Shown: piece after piece, positions 23,414-35,547 of the stretch
How the letters are laid out: each line of letters opens with the position of its first letter
How positions within the stretch are numbered: the first letter of the stretch is position 1
NCBI GenBank assembly: GCA_963796285.1
Contig: CAWCKW010000012.1
Location: 1,664,001-1,728,000 of the forward strand
Origin: Nitrospirota bacterium
Lineage (GTDB): Bacteria > Nitrospirota > UBA9217
Direction: 5' to 3'
Length of the DNA: 64,000 nt
Program-made: the position numbers and the translations under genes
The notes under the pieces: generated by a model
Databases searched by the model: none
Told to the model about the DNA's origin: nothing
What the model saw: the letters and a program-made list of their open reading frames with translations, nothing else

Positions 23414-23977
23414 TTACTCCGGGCGAACCGGCGTAAACTTGGCGCCCTTGAATGAGGCTCCAGCCATCAAGCCTTCGTGATCGAAGATAAACCCCGCAAC
23501 GGGGTTCTGACTCCTGAGGGTATCGATGGAGGCGTTGGCCCCAACCTGAACAAGCGTTATTTCGGCGTCCACGCCTGCCTCCCAGCCGTCACTCCTGCGG
23601 AATTTGTTTAGAGCGTCATCGGTCATGAAAATAATGACCATGTCGTACTGCTCTGCGCCGATCTGATATCCCAGTGAGCCGGACAAGAGGCTGTAGTACT
23701 GGACGGTCTTGCCATCGACTTGAAGGGAACCCTGTCCGTACTGCCCGCCGACGATGAAGCCGGCCTTGGTGATATGCGGCAGGACCAACACACCCTTGGC
23801 CGCCTTCAGATATGCGGAGCCTCCCTTTATATCCTTCTGGAATCGGGACAGTGTCGCTGTGACGCCGACGTCGATCTCAGCTTTTGTCAACGCGCTCGCA
23901 ACAGGACCCGTGATGAAAAAAACTGCCGTGACAACGAGCATCGCGACAACGGTTTTTAGCTTGGCATTCATTTTCAT
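23414..23977 (-). CDS. YSC84/SYLF-related lipid-binding protein
   Basis: AKGVLVLP..KAGFIVGGQYGQG, GSLGYQIGAE, GLMAGASFKGAK. Confidence 0.85.
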   Translation of the reverse strand: MKMNAKLKTVVAMLVVTAVFFITGPVASALTKAEIDVGVTATLSRFQKDIKGGSAYLKAAKGVLVLPHITKAGFIVGGQYGQGSLQVDGKTVQYYSLLSGSLGYQIGAEQYDMVIIFMTDDALNKFRRSDGWEAGVDAEITLVQVGANASIDTLRSQNPVAGFIFDHEGLMAGASFKGAKFTPVRPE

Positions 23978-24321
23978 AGTGTCCTCCTGATTCGTAACAA
24001 CTTTTCCCCACCTTACTCCTTTAAGATATTATACCTCGTTTCAATTGGTTCGGAATCCGGGGTCGCACACAATTACAACTATAGTATGTGAATATATCCG
24101 GACCATAAGACATTTTCTCCCATTTAATCGCTCGTATACTTCCCGGTTAAAAACATCGCACTGATGCAGTAAGTATCGTGGATTTAAGGAGAATTAACAG
24201 GATGAGAATGGCGAGAGGGATAGAAACCACAAGCGATGCGCAGAACGCTTTCCTTCAGCAGCGCTTCCCTGGCCTCGGATCCTGAATCCGAGCGCTGCGG
24301 CGTTCCGATAAGAATACCGTT

Positions 24322-25368
24322 CTACCAATACAAAATCCCAAAATAGACAGCCATCATCGCGAGTCCGAACGGCACGCCTACCTTCGCCCATGCCCTGCTC
24401 GAGATGCGCAGCTTGTTGGCGGCTATGATATTCGGAATATTCCCCGGGATGAGCATCCCTCCGGAAATGATGATCCCCAGCATGATGCCCTTGACCTGGG
24501 CCAGGGTCATGAGCGGACCAAGCTCCGCGGCGGCAAGGGTCGCGTTGTCGAGGATCGCTGACGAGATATTGACCCAATAGAGGACCGGGGCCGGCAACTT
24601 CGATATGTACATGTCGATCAGCGGCTTGAAACCCGCACCGAGCAGGATAAGGGCCATAACAAAGATATAGACCTTGAATGCTCGAAGCGCGATATGCGCC
24701 AAGGTCTCTTCGACATCCTCAACCAGGCTTTCCGACCGGGACACTTCTTTGCCGCGAAAGAACCCGCCCGTGACCGAAATCAGGAAAAGTCCGGGAAGAA
24801 TATAGACCCCGAAGATGCGCAAGAGCATCAGAAAGTCGCCGTCAAACGCACCGCCCCTGAGCTTGGCGACCGCGATCGTGGACAGGGGCTCGCCGATCGG
24901 CGTCAGGGCCGCTCCCATCCCGATCGAAAAGCAGGCGAAGATAACGAGCCGCGTTTCATATTTCTTGTCGAGGTTGATGGCGCTCACGACCTCGCACAGG
25001 ATAAGGGCCGCGATGATCGCCGTGATCACGCTCGACAGCAATCCAAGGGTAATAATGAGCAGGAACGCGAATAAGCGCGGCCCCAGGCGGAGCTCGGCTG
25101 TCACGATCATCTTCTTCATCGGTTCGCGGATCGCGCGGAAGGCCAGCCCGAAGATCAGGGTGGCAATGGTTATTTTGACCGGCTCCATGAATACGGACTC
25201 AATGAGCCGCAGGGACAGGAGCGGCTCCGGGCCCAGCAGGTGCGAGAGCATGAGCGTGACAGAGCCGATGACGAGCAGGAACAGCTCAAGATTGTGCTCG
25301 ACCTTTTTTACCAGGAGCGGCATGAGGAGAATTATGAAAAATATAAACAGCAGGAGGTACGTGATCAT
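24322..25368 (-). CDS. DUF1646 family membrane protein (putative cation transporter)
   Basis: VEHNLELFL, GAALTPIGEPLSTI, ILDNATLAAAE, GGMLIPGNIPNII. Confidence 0.85.
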   Translation of the reverse strand: MITYLLLFIFFIILLMPLLVKKVEHNLELFLLVIGSVTLMLSHLLGPEPLLSLRLIESVFMEPVKITIATLIFGLAFRAIREPMKKMIVTAELRLGPRLFAFLLIITLGLLSSVITAIIAALILCEVVSAINLDKKYETRLVIFACFSIGMGAALTPIGEPLSTIAVAKLRGGAFDGDFLMLLRIFGVYILPGLFLISVTGGFFRGKEVSRSESLVEDVEETLAHIALRAFKVYIFVMALILLGAGFKPLIDMYISKLPAPVLYWVNISSAILDNATLAAAELGPLMTLAQVKGIMLGIIISGGMLIPGNIPNIIAANKLRISSRAWAKVGVPFGLAMMAVYFGILYW

Positions 25369-25741
25369 TATTATTCTTTCGATTGGATCCCTTTACTGCA
25401 ACGGACTTGATCCATGAAAAAGCTTGCCCAGCTTCCTGTGATTACTGCTCATTCCCAATCGCCATGATCCTTGCCCCGCCAATGGTAACAATAAGTCCTT
25501 GCCGGGTACTAAGTCTTGGTACAATTCCCTCAAAGGTGAATCAGGCAACAGTATAATATAAATTCAATCGTCGAGGTTAAAAAAGTTCGCGACAGCTCAA
25601 TATGTTTCCAGTGGCGATAAAATATGATCTGAAAAATGCCGAATCACTTCATCAACGGCGAGACTTCCTCTCATCTTTGCTTACAACGAATAATTGCACT
25701 GGCCGTCTTCGCCGAACTCAGGCGCCGTCACAAGTATCACG

Positions 25742-26082
25742 TTATATAGCCGCCATGCCGTTTTCGTTGGTCCTTATCCGTATGGCAGTGACCATATCAT
25801 GGACGAATATCTTGCCGTCCCCTACTTCGCCCGTCAGGGCCGCGTCACGAATGGCGCATGATGATCCTGTCGACATCTTCGTCTTTTACGACCACTTCCA
25901 CTTTCGCCCTGGTAAGCACGCTCACGTTATGTGAAACGCCCCGGACCTGGTTTATCCACCCCTGCTGGCTGCCGCGCCCCTCAACTGCTGGAGATCGTCA
26001 CGCCTGGATGACCAACCCGGTCTAAGGCAGCGCATACCTCTGCAACCTTGGCCGGACGAATTATCGCTTCAATCCTTTTCAT
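25742..26082 (-). CDS. Divergent P-II family protein (indels near 25985 and 25860)
   Basis: [13 protein letters not shown]...[31 protein letters not shown]...[11 protein letters not shown]...[13 protein letters not shown]. Confidence 0.8.
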
Positions 26083-26128
26083 TGCAAAACTCCTTTCAGC
26101 GCATGAACATCCTGCTTTGTAATTCATG

Positions 26129-26166
26129 AAAAAAAAGGGCCGGCATGCAATGGAACATGCCGGCCC
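26129..26166 (-). terminator. Intrinsic terminator after glnK2, near-identical to 12605-12640
   Basis: GGGCCGGCATG/CATGCCGGCCC stem with a U-tract. Confidence 0.8.
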
Positions 26167-26257
26167 CGGGAGGATAGACGGCGACCTCTCAAATCGCCGG
26201 CTCTCCGCGTTGTCTCTCAACTACCTTCGGGAGGATAATGGAGAGGACAGCCTTGCA

Positions 26258-28262
<2,005 letters not shown>

Positions 28263-28293
28263 GATAAACCTCCTTTTTCCCTCTTAATAATTC

Positions 28294-29449
28294 CTACCAT
28301 CTATACATCGCGCCGAGCGCAATGGTGTCCTGCGACTTCTTCGTGCCGTTGTCAAATGATTCTTTATTTGACGAATCATGCCGGTACTCCGGCCGCAGGA
28401 TAATGCCGTTGGCAAGCCGGATTTCCGGAGTCACCGTGACTTCGGTCAGTTTCTGTTTTGTGCCGGTCCTTACACCGTCCTTGTCGTCAAATGACTCGCC
28501 CCTCGACAGAGATGCTGTACATGTCGTTGATGTCATACTTTACGATGCCCGCAAAACCGGACCATTTCGCAGTACCGCCGGACGCTGACAAATGGTCTTC
28601 CTGAGCATCGTCATAGTTCAGAATAATTGAAAGCGGTTTGATCGGCTTGATCGTCGCTACCAGGTCGAGAAGCGACCGGTTGTCGTGGTTGTTGGCGGCC
28701 TCCTCGGGTCCCTGCATGTAGTTGATGTATCCTGAAAACAGGTCGCCGGCAGAGACATTGACGCTCGCGCCGATGGACTTGCCCGTATTGTTGTCCGTTG
28801 CATTGTCCCACCCGTTGACCACAAACAATGCGGCGTTCACGTTGTCGGTGAAAACATAACTCGCCTTTGCGCCCGTATGCGTGAACGGTATCGCGTAGTT
28901 GAACAGAAACGAACGCGAATAATTCGGGTTGTCGATCGCCTCGATCACCTCGGCGCCGAAGTAGGTGACCATCTTGCCGATATCGAACCGCAGCCCCTTG
29001 CCGAGCGGCGCGCTGTAGCTCAGGTAAGCCTCGGTGATGTCGAACGATTCGGGGTTCGCCGATCCCGGCTGGGTCCCCAGTCCGGTCGCATGAATGAACT
29101 TTGCTGTTTCGCCGGCAGACACCTTCACTTTATAGCCCACAACGCCTGCCGCGGGATCTTTGGCAAACACGATCTGCGCCAGGTCAAGGCCGAAGCTGTT
29201 TGCCTTGTGATCAAAGACGCGCAGGTCGTTTTCCGAACCGCTGCCGGCCGGGCCGCTGGCGTTCGCGTCGTACGTGTATCCGCCTTGAACGTAGATGCTC
29301 AGGCCGAGCGCCTTCTTCAGATCGTCCGCGTTGAGACCTGCCGGCTTCGCGTCCTCTGCGAATGCCGTCGCGGTTAATGCAACCATCGCGCAAAAAACTG
29401 CCAAACCGATTTTCCCTCCGAGAACATTACCGATCCTTTTCATTTTCAT
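28294..29449 (-). CDS. Putative outer-membrane beta-barrel porin (indel near 28500)
   Basis: Signal peptide; GKMVTYFGAEVIEAIDNPNYSRS, PFTHTG, VNGWD, RPEYRHD; C-terminal aromatic W. Confidence 0.85.
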
Positions 29450-29470
29450 TTCATCCTCCTCCTGGTTCTG

Positions 29471-29534
29471 ATTTTATCCTGCTTTATTTCAGGGCAGGGC
29501 ATTCTAATGAAAGCCTCCGAAGCTTTCGAGAGTT
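29471..29534 (-). ncRNA. Candidate two-hairpin cis-regulatory leader RNA (copy 1, porin-amtB3-glnK leader)
   Basis: Matches 43315-43379 in stems and flanks with variable loops; lies between the sigma54 site and the RBS. Confidence 0.55.
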
Positions 29535-29564
29535 GTCTACAACAACGTCACTGCAATAACATTT

Positions 29565-29580
29565 TGCAAAGGATATGCCA
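29565..29580 (-). promoter_or_regulatory. sigma54 promoter of porin-amtB3-glnK2
   Basis: TGGCATATCCTTTGCA. Confidence 0.85.
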
Positions 29581-29677
29581 CAATGTAATAAAATCATTTC
29601 TATCCGCATTTCCTTGATAAAATACGATCTTTCACCACGGCACGTATTCGGACGCGACTGGTCGATCAAAAATGCTT

Positions 29678-29713
29678 CGTTTACTATATGGGCAAGTGAT
29701 GAAATTATGGACA
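29678..29713. promoter_or_regulatory. Tandem 17-bp NtrC-like boxes (porin operon)
   Basis: CGTTTACTATATGGGCA and TGATGAAATTATGGACA at a 19-bp period. Confidence 0.6.
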
Positions 29714-29802
29714 GAGTGACGGTCGTCGCGTGAGTAGCTCGGATGCACGCGTGAATCGTGGTGCCGGCATGGGCCCGATAACCTGCTGGAACTGAGATAT
29801 CG

Positions 29803-30894
29803 CTATCGGAATTGTTCCAGGTAGGCGCCTATTTCCTGCGCATCGGCCAACTCGAGAAATTCCTCAGACTTGATCCGATCGAGGATCCTCATGAGATTTC
29901 CATCGTTACTCTCGATGCCGAAACGGGATAACACGCTGCGCAGTCCGGCCCGTCCCATGAGCTTGCTCAGGACGATCGATCGATGGTGTCCGGACAAAGC
30001 CGGGTCCACGGGTTCGTAGTGGACCGGATCCTGCAGGATGCCGTGAATGTGAAGCCCCGACTTGTGCGCGAATGCGCGCTGTTCAAAATGGCGGTGGTTG
30101 ATCGAATCAGAGACCAGCTTCCCGGCCAGCTTCAACGGCTCTGCATAGTGGCGTCCGCTCTTTTCCGTCCGTGCCTCTCCATTTTTCGACCAGGCAAGAA
30201 GGTCCTCAAGCGCAACAAGCCCTGCCCGCTCTCCGATGCCCAGAATGCTCGCATCGATGCATTGCGCGCCAAGTCCGATCGCCGTCACTGCGTTCGCAAA
30301 GGCACGGCCGAGATCATTATGAAAATGGAAATGCAGCGCATCAAAGGGGAGGACGCCGGCGAGGCTCCTCTGCAGACTCGCAATACGGGCAGGCGTGTCC
30401 GTTCCCACGGTGTCCGCGTAGCTCAGGCGGTCCGCGCCCAGCTCCTTCAAATGACCGTAGAGTTCAGCAAGCTCGTTCCGATCGGTCCGGGACGCGTCCT
30501 CGCAGGTGAAGCGTACCGACAAACCGAGTTCTTTCGCATAGAGGATCGATGCGGATATCCGCTCGTATACAGCGCGCCGCGTCAACCCATACCGCTTCAG
30601 GCTCAAGGTGTTTATGCCGGAGAACAGGCCTATCCATGCCAGACCCAGCTCCCTGATCATGCGGATCTCGTCCCTGTCCAGCCGCGCATGGGCGATCAGG
30701 CGGGAGCTCAGGGGGAGCGCCGCGATCTCGGCCACGGCCTGTTGTATCGAAGGGGCTGCGGCCGGATGGCCGACCTCGATAAAATCGACCCCCATCTCGT
30801 CAAGCAGGCAGGCCAGTCTTTTTTTCGTCTCGATCGGGAAGAAAACTCCGTAGCATTGTTCCCCTTCCCGGAGCGTTGTATCCAGTATTTCCAT
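29803..30894 (-). CDS. nifV: Homocitrate synthase (NifV-like, DRE-TIM family)
   Basis: LDTTLREGEQ, EDASR, YADTVG, HFHNDLG, GIGERAG, FAHKSGLH; in the nifB operon. Confidence 0.8.
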   Translation of the reverse strand: MEILDTTLREGEQCYGVFFPIETKKRLACLLDEMGVDFIEVGHPAAAPSIQQAVAEIAALPLSSRLIAHARLDRDEIRMIRELGLAWIGLFSGINTLSLKRYGLTRRAVYERISASILYAKELGLSVRFTCEDASRTDRNELAELYGHLKELGADRLSYADTVGTDTPARIASLQRSLAGVLPFDALHFHFHNDLGRAFANAVTAIGLGAQCIDASILGIGERAGLVALEDLLAWSKNGEARTEKSGRHYAEPLKLAGKLVSDSINHRHFEQRAFAHKSGLHIHGILQDPVHYEPVDPALSGHHRSIVLSKLMGRAGLRSVLSRFGIESNDGNLMRILDRIKSEEFLELADAQEIGAYLEQFR

Positions 30895-30928
30895 GGTGGC
30901 TGCTGCCTCCGTCAGGCAGTACGATGCA

Positions 30929-31099
30929 TCAATGGATATTTTTCGCCAGATAGAGCCCGTACATCAGGGACCCCCAGGCAATAAGCGTTGTAAAGGCCGC
31001 GATCTTGCCCTTGTCGTGGTCGTTCATCCGTCCGATCAGGAATGAAACGAAGAACGTCATCATTGCAAATGCCAGTATTGCGAATACTATCATGGTCAT
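30929..31099 (-). CDS. Small two-TM membrane hypothetical protein
   Basis: GGGAG RBS; two hydrophobic segments; between hesA and nifV. Confidence 0.55.
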   Translation of the reverse strand: MTMIVFAILAFAMMTFFVSFLIGRMNDHDKGKIAAFTTLIAWGSLMYGLYLAKNIH

Positions 31100-31154
31100 G
31101 ATCTCCCTTCCTAACCGTGACAAGCCGAAACCAAAAGTCAGAATCTAAGGCATC

Positions 31155-31254
31155 TCTCGCAAAGACGCAAAGAACGCCAAGAAAATCTTTAAGTCTTGTC
31201 TTTTAAAAAACAAGCAATTTAGCCCTTCTTTGCGGGCTTTGCGTCTTTGCGAGA
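31155..31254. repeat. Palindromic element with CGCAAAGA-type 9-mer inverted arms
   Basis: TCTCGCAAAGACGCAAAGAACGCCAAGA ... TCTTTGCGGGCTTTGCGTCTTTGCGAGA. Confidence 0.85.
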
Positions 31255-31293
31255 AAATTTTCTTGCCGTTTTGAGTAGAATTTTATTCTTTCC

Positions 31294-32040
31294 TTATGAC
31301 CCACAGATTTCACAGTGCTCATCCCGGGGGATCCGAACCTTTCTGAAATCCATGTCAAATGTATTGAACACCAGCATCTCCGAGAGCAACGGTTTCCCAT
31401 ATCCGGTCAGCAGCTTGATCGCTTCGAGCGCCATCATGCACCCCAGCATTCCCGATACGGCGCCCAGTACGGGGAACCCCATCTCCTGCCATGCAGGATC
31501 GTCCTCAGGATAAACGCAATGGATGCAGGGCGACACCCCCGGGAGCACATTAAAAAGATACCCCTCCATTCCGTTCATGGCGGCCTCGACCATGGGGATG
31601 CCCTTCTCGATGCAGGCCTTGTTCAGAGCGCGCCGCTCGCTGAAGTTGGGCCGCGCAGACAGTGCGATCCGCGCCGTCCGAAGCAGGTTCTCGACGTTCG
31701 CATCCGTTATCCGGTCGTCGACTGTCTCTATTTCCACATCTGGGTTCATCTCCTGGATCGTCTTCTTCGCCTGGACCACTCTGCTTTTGCCAATGGCCTT
31801 ATGCTTCATGAGGACCTGGCGGTTCATGTTCGAATGCGTCAGGTTCCCGGCGTGCACCAGGATGAGCCTGCCGATCCCGGCCGCGGCAAGATAGAGCGCT
31901 GCCGTGCCGCCGAGGCCGCCGACGCCGGCAACGAGTGCAGTGGAATTGCCGAGCCGGCGCTGGTGGTCGTTTGTGAAACCGTGAAGCATCAGCTGACGGC
32001 GATACCGTTCCTGGTGCATATGGTTCAGCTGTCCGTCCAT
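31294..32040 (-). CDS. hesA: HesA/MoeB/ThiF family protein
   Basis: RYRRQL, GVGGLGG, SNMNRQ, CIHC, GAVSGMLG, CEIC; nif-associated. Confidence 0.85.
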   Translation of the reverse strand: MDGQLNHMHQERYRRQLMLHGFTNDHQRRLGNSTALVAGVGGLGGTAALYLAAAGIGRLILVHAGNLTHSNMNRQVLMKHKAIGKSRVVQAKKTIQEMNPDVEIETVDDRITDANVENLLRTARIALSARPNFSERRALNKACIEKGIPMVEAAMNGMEGYLFNVLPGVSPCIHCVYPEDDPAWQEMGFPVLGAVSGMLGCMMALEAIKLLTGYGKPLLSEMLVFNTFDMDFRKVRIPRDEHCEICGS

Positions 32041-32049
32041 TTCTAACCA

Positions 32050-32136
32050 CCCCTCACCTTAATCCTCTCCCCTGATGGGAGAGGAAATTAATAAACTCCC
32101 TCGCCCCAGCGGGGAGAGGGCTGGGGTGAGGGGGGC
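32050..32136. repeat. CCCTCACC/CCTCTCCC-type REP-like double palindrome
   Basis: CCCCTCACCTTAATCCTCTCCCC..GGGAGAGG ... GGGGAGAGGGCTGGGGTGAGGGG; a related copy lies at 35458-35540. Confidence 0.85.
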
Positions 32137-32172
32137 TTCATGCCTGGCTCGTCGTTCCGAGGCGAAGACTCG

Positions 32173-33061
32173 CTACACCGTTTCAATGTATTCTTCCCCG
32201 ATCCTAGCCATCAGCACTTCGAGCTCCATGTCCTTGTCCTCGCCCAGGATGCCGCAGGCGTCAGCCCGGCATTGCTTGCAGTGGGTCATCTGCTTGATGA
32301 AGGGACGGCATGCTTCGCGCATCCTGGTGATCTCTGCATGAGAAGGTCGTTTGAGGTCGGCAAATTCCGCCTGGGGAATAAGCGGCATGATGTTCATGAT
32401 GTCCGCCCCAAGTTTTCCCGCACGCTCCGCGATCAGCGGTATTTCCGCGTCGTTCACCCCGGGGATGAACACGGTATTCACCTTGGTGATGAGCCCGGCT
32501 TCGATGGCACTCTGCAGTCCCTGCCACTGGTTCCTGAGGAGCAGCTCCGCCGCTTCTCTCCCCTCATATCGACGTCCCTTGTAGATGACCCAGGCATAGA
32601 TGTTCTCAGCCGTCTCAGGGGTCACGGCATTGATCGTAACGGTCAGGCTGCGCACGCCCGATGACAGCAGTTGCTCCAGCCTGTCGGAAAGCAGAAGACC
32701 ATTCGTCGAGACGCAAAGCGTAAGGTCGGGGTATTCCCAGTGGATCTGCCTGAGCGTGACGTAGGTTGGGGCGTTGACGAGCGGGTCTCCCGGGCCGGCG
32801 ATCCCGACCACACTCAGGCGCTCGCTCCGATCCACAAGCGCCCTGTGTACGCTCAACAGCCTCTTCCGGTGTCAGCACACGGCTCGTGATCCCGGGCCGG
32901 GACTCGTTGGCGCAGTCGAACTTTCGTATGCAGTAGCGGCACTGGATATTGCATGCAGGCGCGACGGAGAGATGCGCCCTGCTGAAGCGGGTGTGGGCCT
33001 CTTCGGTAAAACAAGGATGCACCTTGATGAAATCTTTATTCGCTCGTCCGGTATTGTCCAT
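32173..33061 (-). CDS. nifB: NifB radical-SAM FeMo-cofactor assembly protein, stand-alone form (indel near 32850)
   Basis: [35 protein letters not shown]; no NifX-like domain. Confidence 0.9.
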
Positions 33062-33093
33062 AGTTTCCTCCCTGTGCTATTACTCATGGTAAT

Positions 33094-33109
33094 AGCAATA
33101 TTATTGCCA
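33094..33109 (-). promoter_or_regulatory. sigma54 promoter of nifB-hesA-orf-nifV
   Basis: TGGCAATAATATTGCT; IHF-consensus TATCAAAAGGTTG just upstream; 17-bp boxes at 33164-33180 and 33183-33199. Confidence 0.8.
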
Positions 33110-33220
33110 GGGATATTGGATGTTAATTATCAAAAGGTTGGTGTTCAGGAGGGGTAAAGATGATGAGCGATATTTAAGCATTTGAGCACTATTCGACCAG
33201 ACTGGAGCCCCCTCTGCTCA

Positions 33221-33683
33221 TCACAGATGCTTTCTGAGGCATATGAGGCTGGTCGGGCTCCAGCGGCAGGTGGAGTAAAAAGCGAGCGCGGGACCGTTCT
33301 CCCGGTCCGCCAGGAGTTGAAGTCGGCTCAATTTCCTTGATTTGCTCCAGATGATCGCTTCGGCCAGGAGTCTCGCGCCGATACCGCGTCCACGGCAATC
33401 CGCGCGCACGATGACGTCTTCGACGAGACCCACCGGACCGCCCTCAGCAGTGGAGACCAGCTGTCTGTACAGTACACATGCCGATAATCTCCTCGCGAGA
33501 TGCCGCGACAAGCACGAGTGAACGTCCTCTCTGATCATTTACAAGCAGGTTTAAACCTCGGGTTTGCCTGTTTAGGTCGGGTTCAAAATCCGTCTCCCGG
33601 GCAAAGAGGTCGGAGAGAAGATCGCACAATTGAGGGATATCTTCAGCACAGGCTGGTCGAATGGTAATGTCCGCAATCGTCAT
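33221..33683 (-). CDS. GNAT family N-acetyltransferase (indel near 33460)
   Basis: IRPACAEDIPQL, VEDVIVRADCRGRGIG, NGPALAFY. Confidence 0.85.
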
Positions 33684-33730
33684 TCCCCAGCACCGCTGTC
33701 CTCTCCCCATTGAGTGAGGGCGCACCGCAC

Positions 33731-34009
33731 TCACAGTGTCACGTGAACATGGCACTTCTTCGTACAGGTCCGCGCGCACGCCTCGCACCCGATGCAGTTC
33801 TCGGGATGGGCGACGGACATGATCTTGTTGCCCATGTCGTCGCCGTACTCGTCCTCGCCTTCAAAAGGCTTTTCAATAAGCTCCAGCACATCGAAGCCGC
33901 AGACCTTATAGCACCTGCCGCAGCCGATGCACTTGTCGATCTCGATCGAATCGATGAATTTCGGTGTCCAGGGCTTTCCGCCCCGGGTTTGTCCGGTAAT
34001 TGGGGACAT
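33731..34009 (-). CDS. fdxB: nif-specific ferredoxin III, 2[4Fe-4S]
   Basis: TRGGKPWTP, CIGCGRCYKVC, acidic linker, CIGCEACARTC. Confidence 0.9.
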   Translation of the reverse strand: MSPITGQTRGGKPWTPKFIDSIEIDKCIGCGRCYKVCGFDVLELIEKPFEGEDEYGDDMGNKIMSVAHPENCIGCEACARTCTKKCHVHVTL

Positions 34010-34024
34010 GGTAAATCCTTTCTC

Positions 34025-34111
34025 ACCGCAGAGGACGCAGAGATCGCGGAGTCTTGGTTCTTGATTTCAAGACCTGAATTGCTTTCTCAGCGCTCTCCGC
34101 GACTCCGCGGT
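34025..34111. repeat. ACCGCAGAG-type palindromic element
   Basis: Inverted 9-mer arms; related copies at about 8584, 14955, 34561, 40809 and 45626. Confidence 0.85.
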
Positions 34112-34123
34112 TAACTGCATCTG

Positions 34124-34540
34124 TTACGCTATCGCTTCGCCGTTCTTCTCTCCGGTCCTGACTCGCACTGCACCTTCAATTGGCGATACAAAGATTTTGC
34201 CGTCGCCGGGCTTGCCTGTGTGGTTTACTTTGATAATGGACTTGACTAAGGTCGTAACGACATCGTCCGGTACCACGATCGTAAGCAGGCGCTTCGGAAC
34301 GAAAAGCGCCACTTTAGGCAGCGTATGGTCGAGGGCATACGTTGATGGTGTCGGCTTCAGCTTTGCCGTGGTGCAGTAACTGTCAGGCATTTCCGAATCC
34401 ATTTCGCCGCACATGGCGCCTCTTTGCCTGCCCCGACCCTCCACGCTCTGTATCGTGAGCGACGGATAACCAAGGTCGTCGAGCGCTTTTTTCGTTTCCG
34501 GGAGCTTGTCCCGGCGTATGATTGCAGTGATCTCTTTCAT
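34124..34540 (-). CDS. nifI2: NifI2-type P-II protein
   Basis: MKEITAIIR, GRGRQRG, extended T-loop, PKRLL, GDGKIFV. Confidence 0.85.
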   Translation of the reverse strand: MKEITAIIRRDKLPETKKALDDLGYPSLTIQSVEGRGRQRGAMCGEMDSEMPDSYCTTAKLKPTPSTYALDHTLPKVALFVPKRLLTIVVPDDVVTTLVKSIIKVNHTGKPGDGKIFVSPIEGAVRVRTGEKNGEAIA

Positions 34541-34656
34541 GACATAAAACCTCCTTATAAACCACAGAGCGTCACAGAGAAAATAGGATCCGTCGCGGAA
34601 TGTGAACTATTTAAGACTTTACTCTGCTCTGTCGACTTCTCTGTGAGTTAAATTGA

Positions 34657-34974
34657 TTACAGTCCCGCTTCGCCGGTCCTGACCGTATATGCCTGATCGA
34701 CCGGGCTGATGAAGATCTTCCCGTCGCCGATGAAACCGGTGCGCGCCTTGTCGTTGATCACCTTGAGCACCTTGTCCAGGTCCTTGTCATCGATGACCGT
34801 CATGATCAACACTTTCGGAAGTTCGTCGTAATGAACGGGTCCGACGGTCAATCCCTTCTGCTTGCCGCGCCCGAACACGGGGACCTTGGTAAGCGAGGGA
34901 AACCCCGCCCCTTCGAGTGCAAGCACCACTTCCTGTTCCTTTTCCGGCCGTATGAATGCCCTGATCATCTTCAT
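34657..34974 (-). CDS. nifI1: NifI1-type P-II protein
   Basis: MKMIRAFIRPEK, GRGKQKG, YDELPK, GDGKIFI; 105 aa. Confidence 0.88.
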   Translation of the reverse strand: MKMIRAFIRPEKEQEVVLALEGAGFPSLTKVPVFGRGKQKGLTVGPVHYDELPKVLIMTVIDDKDLDKVLKVINDKARTGFIGDGKIFISPVDQAYTVRTGEAGL

Positions 34975-35000
34975 GGTTTGTTTCCTCCTGTATTTATATG

Positions 35001-35054
35001 GTAGCCGCGGGCTTCAGCCCGCGATCATAAACGCACCCTGAAGGGTGCGGCTAC
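35001..35054. repeat. GTAG-type REP doublet
   Basis: GTAGCCGCGGGCTTCAGCCCGCG ... CGCACCCTGAAGGGTGCGGCTAC. Confidence 0.8.
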
Positions 35055-35446
35055 AACGTCTTCAATGCTTTTTTCAGCCATGGCGGCGGTGACTGTTTTA
35101 TCGTTCCCATGAGCTGATTGAGAGCGCTCTCGATAGAAACGATCTCCTTCACTTTCATGGGCATGACACCTTTTTTCACCAGCCGCGCTGCCGACGGACC
35201 GCCGATCTCGGTAATATAAATAAGCTTGCAATCAGCGAGCTTGTCAACTTTGTTCTGGACCGCGCTGTCATGAAGCGAACCCGTGTCCTTGGTGTCCACG
35301 ACCGCCTTGTCCATACCGTCGGAGAACTTCCTCATAGCAACAAAATGATATCCGAATTCTGTAAGTTCATAAATTGCGAACATTCCCGCTCTGCCGAAAT
35401 GTTCGTCAACCTGTTTTCCGTCCGTAGTAGCGAATGCGACTTTCAT
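35051..35446 (-). CDS. nifX: Nitrogen fixation protein NifX
   Basis: MKVAFATTD..VDEHFG, IGGPSAARLV, PPPWLKK. Confidence 0.92.
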   Translation of the reverse strand: MKVAFATTDGKQVDEHFGRAGMFAIYELTEFGYHFVAMRKFSDGMDKAVVDTKDTGSLHDSAVQNKVDKLADCKLIYITEIGGPSAARLVKKGVMPMKVKEIVSIESALNQLMGTIKQSPPPWLKKALKTL

Positions 35447-35547
35447 ATATGTCTCCTCCCCCCCTCACCTCAGTCCTCTCCCCCAGGGGAGAGGAAGCAA
35501 CATCACCTTCTCCCCTGGGGAGAAGGAAGGGATGAGGGGGAAAATTA

